From Dimargaris cristalligena (lineage: Eukaryota), in contig ML002399.1 of NCBI GenBank assembly GCA_003614675.1, positions 1 to 33,923 on the forward strand: a stretch of DNA of 33,923 bases, in the 5' to 3' direction. The notes under the pieces are model-generated. The model saw only the letters and a list, made by a program, of their open reading frames with translations. It did no database searches and was not told the DNA's origin. The translations under genes and the position numbers were made by a program. Positions 23,119 through 33,923 of this stretch are shown in pieces. Positions within the stretch are counted from its first letter, which is position 1, and each line of letters begins with the position of its first letter.

Positions 23119-25605
23119 CTAAGAATTGTTCTTTAAGGTTTCTACCTTGGCCATGGCTACAAGGCAGTCCACGACATCGGGGGTTTCGGGCACGTGCCAA
23201 GAGGCCATGGTCTTCTTGAGGTTCGATCCGACGGTTAAATTAAAGATGGCGTCCCGGTGGCCATTGGCCAGGCTGGCCTGGATCTTGCGGAATGCCCGGA
23301 ACATATCCTCGTCGGTCTTGTCGTCACCAGCGCAGAACACAAACCCGCAGTCGTCCTGGGCAGCCCACAGCCGCTTAACGATCTCGCCCTTGTTGATGGC
23401 CTTGGGCCGGACTTCCAGGTTCTTCTTGCCAACCAGAATTTCCACGGGCAACTTAGATACAATGTTGTTCTCCAGGTGGTTCTGGCACTCATTGGCCTGG
23501 AAGATGCCGTACTCGGGGTCGGCGTTACGGTAGTGCCAGGTCACAGCACACTTCTTCTCTTCCACAAACGAACCCTGAGTGCGCTCTTCGTAGTACCGGA
23601 AGATCTTAAGAACATCGTGTTTCCAGCTTAAATCCAGGTTCTCCGAGAAGTTGACCCACGAGCCACCAGGGGACTTGATGAAGCAGCCGTGCTCGGCGCT
23701 GAGGCCCAGTCGGCTCAGGTGGCCCAGATGCTCCTCTAAGAAGGACTGGTCGCGGCCCGAAACCACCCACACGGAATTGTCCGGGTTGGCGGTTAGGATC
23801 TCCAGGGCCTCCAGCATATCCGGCGGGGGCAGCGCATCGGACGGGTTCTTGACAATCGGGGACAGAGTGCCGTCATAATCAAGGCAGATGAGCCGGGACC
23901 GGGCTTGGCTGTACTTATCAACCACCAGGTGGGTATCGAGGTAAGGAGTGATATTGGACATCTCGGCCGCCAATTCACTGGAGCAGAGGGCATTCAGGAA
24001 GGAGCGAACCCAGAACTTGGCGTCGTGACCCACTACGTATTCGTAAAGACGGAGTTGCTTGTTGCATTTCTCCTCTTCCGACATGGTAAGGGCCTCATTG
24101 ATGGCCTCAGCCACCCCCTCGTAGTCCCACGGATTGACCATGATGGCTGCGCTGAGGGAGCTGGCCGTGCCCGTAAACTCGCTGAGAATCAAGGGGCTGT
24201 GTTTCTCCTGCTGGCATACCACGAACTCGTGCGAGGTGGTGTTCATACCGTCCCGGACCGACGTAATGAGGCCCAGGGAGGCAATATTGAGAAGGGCGTA
24301 GTACTCGTCACGGTCCAGGAAGGCGTTGTGGTAGTGGATAGGGGTAAATTCCAGCGAGCCGTAGGTACTGTTGATGCGGGTTACCATGTCCGAGATGCGA
24401 GACTCGAGGCGGGGGGAGTTGATTTTGGGCGGGGAGGTGACCTGGATAAGGACCACCTGGCCGCGCCATTCGGGATACTTCTCTAGGAACTTCTCAAAGG
24501 CCTTGAATTTCTGGACGATGCCGGTAACCTGGTCCAGCTTATCACGCCCGATGATAATGTGTTTGTCGTGGTACATTTCCCGAATCAGCTTCATCTTCTG
24601 GGTTACCGCCGAGGTGGATCGGCTGGCTTGGACACTCTCCACATCAATACCAATGGGGAACGTACCCACCGGGACCAGTCCACCGTGGTAGTCCACACCC
24701 TTCGGGGAGGATTCTAGCCCAAGTACGCGGGTGCAGCTGCTAATGAAGTGGCGGGAGTAGGAGTAGGTTTGGAAACCAATCTCCGAAGCCCCTAGAAGGC
24801 CCTCGAGGATTTCCTTGCGGCGAGGGAGCGACCGGAACAGCTCTGAGCTGGGGAAGGGGGCGTGCAAAAAGAAGCCGATGGTGGCCGTAGGTAGAACCCG
24901 GCGAAGTAACTGGGGCACCAGCATCAGGTGGTAGTCGTGGATCCAGATGACGTCGCCGTCCCGGTAGTGGCGGACAACCTCGTCGGCGTAAAGCTGGTTC
25001 ACGGCCAAGTAGTCGTCCCAGTACCGAATGTCCTTTTTGGGGTCGGCCACATTGTCCCACGGGATGTAGTGCAGTAGGGGCCACAGGTCCGACTTGCAGT
25101 AGCCTTCGTAGTGGCCGAAGGCCAGTCGTTTGTTGATGAACACGGGGCTGCACTGTTTGTCCTGGGCCAACACGTTCTGCAGTTGAGTCCGCAGACCCTC
25201 CGAGAGGTTGTCGGGGAACTTCTTCTGGCCATCGCAGTCAAAATACTCGCCGACACTGCCAATGTGGATGGACTCGGGGTTGCTCTCGGCTAGGGCACGG
25301 ATACCGGCATACATGGCCGTATGGCCCCGACGACGGGCAAACTCCCAATCGGGGGTGCCGGATGCATCGTTGGTGGGGCTCCGAAGCGGGGTCTCATTGT
25401 CATGCGAAGAGATTGAGCCGGGCTGGTCAGGGGAAGAAGTCTCGGCAGCAGCGGTTTTCTTGAGTGAGCAGAGATAGGGGAGGTAGTGAGTCACTGAGAT
25501 GACACGGGTCTTGCTGAGGTCGAGACTAGGACGGGGACCCCCCAGAATGTCAACAATCTCGTGGGACGAGCCGTTGGTGTCGGCGTGGTCAGTGGTGTGG
25601 GTCAT
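23119..25605 (-). CDS. TPS2: Trehalose-6-phosphate phosphatase (GT20 TPS-like domain plus HAD TPP domain), 828 aa, intronless
   Basis: The GT20 domain (WIHDYHL, GFFLHAPFPSSE) carries Tps2-type rather than Tps1-type motifs (RRGHTAM, DKLDQVTG, RDGMNTTS). The HAD motifs are intact: DYDGTL, VVSGRD, SAEHG, EVRP...NKG, AGDDKTDEDMF. Confidence 0.95.
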   Translation of the reverse strand: MTHTTDHADTNGSSHEIVDILGGPRPSLDLSKTRVISVTHYLPYLCSLKKTAAAETSSPDQPGSISSHDNETPLRSPTNDASGTPDWEFARRRGHTAMYAGIRALAESNPESIHIGSVGEYFDCDGQKKFPDNLSEGLRTQLQNVLAQDKQCSPVFINKRLAFGHYEGYCKSDLWPLLHYIPWDNVADPKKDIRYWDDYLAVNQLYADEVVRHYRDGDVIWIHDYHLMLVPQLLRRVLPTATIGFFLHAPFPSSELFRSLPRRKEILEGLLGASEIGFQTYSYSRHFISSCTRVLGLESSPKGVDYHGGLVPVGTFPIGIDVESVQASRSTSAVTQKMKLIREMYHDKHIIIGRDKLDQVTGIVQKFKAFEKFLEKYPEWRGQVVLIQVTSPPKINSPRLESRISDMVTRINSTYGSLEFTPIHYHNAFLDRDEYYALLNIASLGLITSVRDGMNTTSHEFVVCQQEKHSPLILSEFTGTASSLSAAIMVNPWDYEGVAEAINEALTMSEEEKCNKQLRLYEYVVGHDAKFWVRSFLNALCSSELAAEMSNITPYLDTHLVVDKYSQARSRLICLDYDGTLSPIVKNPSDALPPPDMLEALEILTANPDNSVWVVSGRDQSFLEEHLGHLSRLGLSAEHGCFIKSPGGSWVNFSENLDLSWKHDVLKIFRYYEERTQGSFVEEKKCAVTWHYRNADPEYGIFQANECQNHLENNIVSKLPVEILVGKKNLEVRPKAINKGEIVKRLWAAQDDCGFVFCAGDDKTDEDMFRAFRKIQASLANGHRDAIFNLTVGSNLKKTMASWHVPETPDVVDCLVAMAKVETLKNNS

Positions 25606-28600
25606 GTCGGGCTGGAATAAGTTGCCAATGGAAGATGGGCCAAGTCAGCGGGGGGAACTTAGAAGATGGGCAAGCTAGAGTAGCCGATGGCTTAATGAAT
25701 AGGGGGTGCAACTAAAACGGGAAACAGGTACGGGTCGTAAGGGAGTCCGTTCAATTACTGCACTATGGCTTTGGAAATGTGAGAAACTATAGGATAAATA
25801 CAAGGAAGACGGGGGTGGTCAGGCAAGTCAGGCTTGGGCTTCGTTAGTATGTACGGGCTAGGTTAATACGAGTCGCAGGGCACCAGTCCAGTGGGGGCTC
25901 GGTTGAGTCGGATAAAGAAGCGACTGAGCGAAAGGGAAGACGAAACAGCAAGGCGAAAAGCTACAGAGCACGAACACCGCCGATTTCACCGGAATATCCA
26001 GAAGGGTAAATTTGGGGATAGTGTGGGGTCCGATGGTGGTAGTAATTTAGTTAAAAGAGGGTGGGGGAGAATATACAGGGGGATGCATGGAACGGGTTTA
26101 GCAATAGGGTCTCAGATAGAACAGGGTGACCCCCGCCTGAGGGTTGAAACCAAATCAGGAATTATCACCATTGGTGTGGCTCGCTGACCAGCTGTGGTTT
26201 AATCCCCAGATGGGTATTTAGCCGATAGGCCATGGTGCACCTAAAATAGGAGGGGCAAGGATTCACTTAATGGTAAGGCCAGTGTGGGTGGTGGGTGAGG
26301 GGTTCCGCCTAGTCATTTCCGAACGACTCGTTAGTGCAATAGGCACCGTATTATCGAACCTACTCCCCTGCTCATTCGGATAAATGACACGTACGGAGGA
26401 ATAGGGCGAGTCAACGATATGTGCGACTGTTTGCCAGGCATTTCAGCAATGAACTAGACAAATACACTTCTCCCCCCTCCCAACCCACTTGGGTAGAGAC
26501 CCAATCGTCGCTGTTCATTTCCAACAGCACCTTCTCGGGACCGGTTTGGTCCGGCGTGAATTTTATTAATGCAAGGTGCCGTACAGTTGGTATACAGGTC
26601 ATTTTGCAAGCAGTGGTAGTGAGGCAAGGGGGCGGGGTGCTGAGTGGTTGGCTGCGATACACAACAGTCTGGCTATTTTACCTCAGCCACTCCCCCTCTA
26701 CAAGCCGGGATTCCTAAGCTCGACTGGTACAACCAGGGGCCTCACTATACCGAAGTAGGCCTGTACCGCCCTCGTTTCCGGTAAATTCCGGCGGTTAGCC
26801 ATGGCGGAGGGAGTGGTCCGGAATATAGCGGCAGTTGGTATAATTTAGTCAAAATAGGTGTGTGCTTACCAAGGGGAGCAATGGGTGCAGATTTGAAAAC
26901 GGGTGGAATAACGAAAACGAGATTCTGGGTGGGATAGCGTGGTTCGTCACTGTCTGTCTAAGTCGACAGCCAGGATAAAAAGCGGGAACACCGGAAGCGA
27001 AAGGGATAGGCCAAATAATGGTAGAGAAAAGCGAAACTAACTATATCACCATGCCACGGGAATTGAAATACAAGGGGGGAATTACAATGGGCCTACAGTA
27101 AGCGCCCCAAGAAACGCAAGTTGGTAAAGCTAGCTAAAAATAAAGATGTAATAGTAGGGGGGAGGTTCGAAGATAAGCCAAAGAAGGGAGTTAATGCACC
27201 ATGGACTCGGATAAGTGGCGGAGGGGATCTATTATATAACAACCAGAGCCCAACGCATACACACACACCCGGTGGGAGTCTCAGCCAAAGTGACTTACTT
27301 GGTGTATGCTAAGGTCTACCCCATGTGACAGCAGTGGCTCGGCCCTACGCTGTTGACCTCCAGCCAAGCGAACGCACACGAGTGGGAGGAATAGACGGGG
27401 CAGGAACCCGGACCAGACCAAACGGTAGTTGCGCCGTGTTCATGGCGGGAATGGTGAGAAGCATCCATTACCACTAATGCCGCGCACGCCGGGCCTTTTC
27501 CCAATGGACATGGTATATATTTCCTCCATTTTTCCTTCCTTCGTCAGGGACCTTAGTGCCCATTCATTTCTTGTACGCTTTCGATTAAATGATAACCGTC
27601 TCGTGTGCAACCAGCTTCCCCATCTATCCGCTTTTCGACGCCTTGGGGTGACTTTCCCCAACCCAAAGCCCCCATTTCCCCACCCGTCGACCTAGCATCC
27701 CTTAGTATAAGTGTTCCCAACAAACCTGCACTTGCATGGTTTACGGTAAGTTAAAACAGGGATTGCCAAACGATTCAATGCACCCTGAAGAGTTTCTGGG
27801 CATTATGCGCTCGATGGCTTGCTGATACACTACGAATCAATCGGCTGCAAAGTCCCCCCCTATAGCTTTGAGCCAAATCGGCATTATCCCATGGACCGAC
27901 TTATCAGTTGCACTTTTACCCCGCTATTCGCAAGTCGCGACTCGCCGGATTTAAATGTCCGTTCTCGCCCACTGTGACGGTAGTAACCCTCTAACCGCTC
28001 CACCCAAATCTGAAACAATAGCGCACTCCCCCCTCCTCACGGTGCTTCCCAGCCACTTTTGGGCTTGGGTTGCACAACCGATATAACTAGGTTTTGTGGC
28101 CACCAATTGGCAGTACCCCAACCAACACCGGTGGATGGTTAGACCATATTATTGATTACCATACGCGCAGTTAAATCACTAGTACTACTTCCCGCATCAA
28201 CCACAATTTTCAGACCCTGTATTTGATGTTCATTGATTGGACATCGCGATAAGCCCATTATGCTTGAAAGGCAGAATGCCCACTGTGTACTGCCCAATTT
28301 GGGGCTTGGCGTAGCTAGTCTGCCCTAGAGCTACGTCACTTGTCATGGAACCATTCCTTCCCTCTACCCGCAATTCTATTATGGAAGCAAGGCACTGGCA
28401 GGCCGTTCTCGAGTCCCTTCCTGTCGTACTATTGGTCTTTCCAGCCCCTGTACTTTCTCACTGCTACACGCCGCTGGATCGGACGCTATCGCCAGCATCA
28501 ACCCCGCCAGCAGAACAGCTGAGCCATCCCACCCTATTGATCAAACCGATAAGGGACTGCTAATACGCCCAGCCAATCCGGTCTTTACGGATGGGGGTGC

Positions 28601-29530
28601 TGGTGACGGATTAGATGATTAGAATCAGTAGGTTATCCCAAGCTGCTGCTCACTTTCCCGCGCTCCGAGGTTACGGACTGCAGGTTTCTGAGATTTGCAG
28701 TATAAGGCTGTACGTGGGCCCACTCCTCCACTTAGTCAGAGTAGAGTAGAGTCGTCCCTGTCATTTGATTATGCCTGTGGTATAGCATGTCTACTAACCT
28801 GAAGCCCAGACGGGCAGTTGCTAGAATAGGGAGGCAACCTCCACCAATGTGCAGTCTCCGCATCGGTGCTGGAGATGACCGTTTTTAATATTTACATGAT
28901 GGGTGTTAATGTGAATCGATGATATTTCTTCAGTCAACAGAACCCATGACCACAACAAGGATCATGTTCCACGTACCTGCAGTCCACCAGAACAGAACAG
29001 CACAGCTTATCACCCAGAATCCCACGTGACCCCCTTAAAATAGATGAATCAGGTATTTTTTCACTTCCTGGGGGGTATTGGCTGGTGGGCTATACAATTA
29101 CGCTATATTGAATATAAGGTGTGCGGATGTGGGGGGGTTCTAGGTATAGGTGGGCTGGGTTCAGAATTATAGATAAACTTGAGTCAAGTCTCGTCGTCGC
29201 CTTGACAGGTATTGTGAGTGAGATAAATAGCCATCCCAGGGAGTAGGGGGAGTTGGTCGGAAGGAGAAACGACTATTTGTAGGTGAATTGAATACGGCGC
29301 AGTGGGAAGATCTTCGAAGCCTGTGGTGCTGATGGAGGGAGACCAGCTCGAGTAGGAGAGAACAAGGCCTGGAATTCCCATCAAGCAAACCCAATAGATC
29401 TACCTAAGCCGAGTACTACGTTCACTCCACTTCTTGGTCAGCGCTTGACTCATCGCCTTTGCATCTCAGTTTTTTAAAGCATTCCTTTCTTCCCGCTTGA
29501 TTATCTCGTTTTTGATCTCGCCCCATTGCT

Positions 29531-29781
29531 GTAAGTGTTGCCGCCGTCTCCATCGTCTTTATTCCAGTCCCCGCTACCTTTACCCAGCTTTTCGAAGGGC
29601 GGCCATATTCCCTATTTTTTAGTTTAATTTTTCGATCTCATTCACTGTATAGTGGGGTCTAGTTCATTGGTGGTTGACAGCTAGTTTCCGGCCATATACA
29701 TTCACATCTCCGACCCGGGCCCTTTCGCTAATCGCCTTCGCCGTTATTTTACCACTTTTCCTACGAAATTTCCCCCTTTAG
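29531..29781 (+). other. Probable 5'UTR intron of SUI2
   Basis: GTAAGT at 29531, GCTAAT branch-like site near 29727, pyrimidine tract, and TTTAG ending at 29781, 12 nt before the ATG (CCACC-ATG context). Confidence 0.65.
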
Positions 29782-29793
29782 TATATATCCACC

Positions 29794-31006
29794 ATGAGCT
29801 CCAGTGATTGCCGTTTCTACGAAGCCCGGTTCCCCGAGGTCGACGACCTCGTCATGGTCAAGGTCCGCCAGATCGCCGACATGGGTGCCTACGTCCAGTT
29901 GGAGGAGTACGGAAACATCGAGGGTATGATTCTTCTTTCCGAACTTTCCCGGCGACGCATCCGTAGTGTCCAGAAAATTATCCGCGTGGGCAAGCGTGAG
30001 GTCGTGGTAGTACTCCGGGTGGACAAGGAAAAGGGTAAGTTATCCTGGTTTTAATCCTCAGTATGCCTTTACTATATATCAAATTATAAGTGTATGTACT
30101 CGCCAAGACCCATATCTAATGCATCTGTATCCCGGGTTACCTTCCACGTATCTTCCCCTTGCCGATTTCGCTCGTATAATAAGGCTATATTGATTTGTCG
30201 AAGCGCCGTGTGTCCCCCGAGGAAGTGGCCAAGTGCGACGAGAAGTACAACAAGTCCAAGGCCGTTCACAGCATTCTGACCCATGTCGCCAAAAAGAAGG
30301 ACATGGAAGTCGAGGATCTTTACAAGACCATCGGCTGGCCTCTGTATAAGAAATACGGACATGCCTATGATGCCTTCAAGCTAGCCATCTCGTAAGTACA
30401 CTGCCCGCCAATGCATATATCCCCGTCCTGTAAAGTACGGCTGTCTTTGGCCGGTTACCGGCGTCACTTTGGCCACCCTGCTAGCGTGTTTTTTCTACTC
30501 CTTCTGACCACCCCCTTTACCTCGACTTTATACTTTTTAATAGTGAGCCCGAAAAGGTTTTCGAAGGTCTGGAATTCCCCGACGACGTGCGTGAGGAGCT
30601 TTTCATTAATATCCGTCGCCGCTTGACCCCCCAACCCGTTAAAATCCGTGCCGATATTGAAGTGAGCTGCTTTGGCTACCAGGGCATCGAGGCCGTTAAG
30701 AAGGCCCTCCGGGCGGGCGAGGCCTGCTCTACCGAGGAGGTGCCCATCAAGATCCGGCTGGTGGCCCCTCCCATGTACGTCATGACCACCAATTCTCTGA
30801 ACAAGGTCCAGGCCCTCGAGACTCTGGAGACTGCCATCTCCACCATTGAACAGACCATCGTGGCCAATCAAGGTACCTTGACCGTCATCATGAAGCCCAA
30901 GGCTGTCAGTGAATCCGAGGAGAAGGAGCTGGCTGACCTCATGGCCCGTGTCGAACGCGAGAACGCCGAAATTTCCGGTGACGACGACAACACCGACGAG
31001 GAATAA
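29794..31006 (+). CDS. SUI2: Translation initiation factor eIF2 alpha; join(29794..30034,30184..30391,30544..31006), 303 aa
   Basis: [28 protein letters not shown] (the regulatory Ser51 equivalent is codon 29947-29949), [36 protein letters not shown], and an acidic tail. GTAAGT donors at 30035 and 30392; acceptors end at 30183 (AAG) and 30543 (TAG). The frame is preserved across both introns. Confidence 0.98.
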
Positions 31007-31783
31007 GCATTATGCCAGGCGCACGGGGGCCGGAAAGCCCTCGCTAATAAATGCGTGGTTGTTCCCCCTCACTAGTCCTTCGCTCATGAGGGGTTTTTAT
31101 TTTCACTTGGTTCTTTTTCTCCCTTTTTTCTTCTGTGATAATAACCTGGCCTAGTGGCGATTCGAAACCCTCTTGACGTGGCTGAATTGCTATTCCCTTG
31201 TTTATTATGCAACATCCACCCACCATGTCCTGTATACTAGAGGTATGGCTAGATCAACCGCCATTTGGGTTGTTTTTCATTTTATATGAAAGGGCATTTC
31301 GTGCAAAAATACAGTTGTTTTATCAAATTTATATCAATTCCTAATGAAGGAAATGAGCTGGAGAGTTCGGTGGTTGATGAAATTGGCCTAGGGCATGGGC
31401 GTAGGTGTTTTATTAAGGAGATGGCTATACGATTTTGAGGCATATATAGAAGGGTAGGAACACCTTGGCTTGGGCGTAGTAAGTTTAAACTCACTGTAAA
31501 GCCCACTGGTTATGTCATGCAGCATTGACTGGGCAAGTTCACCCGCCTTTTTGTTAGCCACTAAGCAAGATTTGGAAGGCAACCAACCCCCGTCCATTTT
31601 TCTTGAAGCATACGGCTCATCAGAGGGGGGGGGGCTCTACAAATAATGTTAATCCCCTCTATCCCTTTGTCCACTGCCATTTCAGTATACCCTTTTCGCT
31701 TTTCGGTCCTCCTTGCCCATTCCGTTACTTTCTTCTTCTCTACCGCCTTTTCAGTACCTCCACCATCCGAGGATTCATTCCCC

Positions 31784-33150
<1,367 letters not shown>

Positions 33151-33923
33151 AGTCGCCCCCATACTGTCCCAGACCGGTTAGCCAGTGTATGGTAAACTCT
33201 TGCAATTGCTCTACATTTACGGTTTGGCCAATACTATCGTGGTTGCCGTCCTAATATTCAGTATCTACCCGTTTTTCAGGCATGTTAGGGCAATTAATGA
33301 TGACCTGCACACGAATATATATTAATCAGTCGTTTACATAACTTGCTAGCCAAATAAATATTACAGTCTTATAGTAATCAGTTTGCGGGTGGAATTTTTA
33401 TATATAAGATACACAGGCAATATGGGCCATCGGCCCAGAGAAGCGCTTAACAAAAAAATGCCGAAATCCTAACTCGAAGGGAATAAGGAGGTTATGTACA
33501 AAAATACTAAAAGACTAATCGGTAATCAAAAAGCTAGGGAGCAGTGGAGACAATGGGTAAGTTAAATGCCGAAGTGACTTGTGAGTGGGCGTATAGTACG
33601 AAACAGAGGATAGTAACATGATTAAACATGACGTGTGACGAGAGCGCATCGGACTTTTTATCAAAGTAGGACGCATCTGTACTGCCGTGGGCAGGGACGG
33701 GTTTCCGCCCTAAGAGTGGGCCTGGTGGATTACCATTCTTCAACACACCGCACACCTCATGAATCGGTGTGCCGTGCCTATAACGACGCTCCCAGGGGAA
33801 CAATGGTTCCATTCCTATTCCCCAGCGACACACTAACGACTTTTCGACTCACCGACAGTGACCCCACGGCGAGTGAGGTATGATGACTTGGTCGAATGAA
33901 GCGACGAAACGACAAGTCCTCCA

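Noticed and set aside
23126..25477. Multiple ORFs nested in TPS2
   Set aside because: Antisense or frame shadows caused by third-position bias.
24000..25500. Assignment of the 828-aa protein as TPS1 (active synthase)
   Set aside because: It lacks the Tps1 GGL and DRLDYIKG motifs and has an intact phosphatase domain, so it is Tps2-type.
25700..27230. STRE-like AGGGG/CCCCT sites upstream of TPS2
   Set aside because: G/C homopolymer runs are abundant throughout the window, so enrichment cannot be claimed by eye.
33880..33923. ATGATGA box C at the window end
   Set aside because: No box D within the window and no verifiable guide sequence.

Overview
Eukaryotic, fungal-type genomic DNA: GT-AG introns of about 140-310 nt, C-rich third codon positions in the conserved genes, and intergenic stretches of 3-5 kb. 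The protein sequences and gene style suggest an early-diverging fungus, but that is inference. Four conserved genes can be reconstructed by eye: BCS1 (2 exons, minus), TPS2 trehalose-6-phosphate phosphatase (intronless, minus), eIF2-alpha/SUI2 (3 coding exons plus a 5'UTR intron, plus) and a divergent CFIm25/NUDT21 (5 exons including an 11-nt microexon, plus). The window also holds a 7TM-RGS (GprK/AtRGS1-type) protein whose RGS domain is split by about 275 aa, an orphan secreted protein of about 240 aa, and a probable 97-aa Cys-rich microprotein behind a 750-nt ATG-free leader. The most interesting observations are that microprotein, the split and partly degenerate RGS domain, and the CFIm25 gene, which has lost two UGUA-contacting residues and has unusual splice architecture. 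I found no supportable rRNA, intact tRNA, CRISPR array or autonomous transposon.
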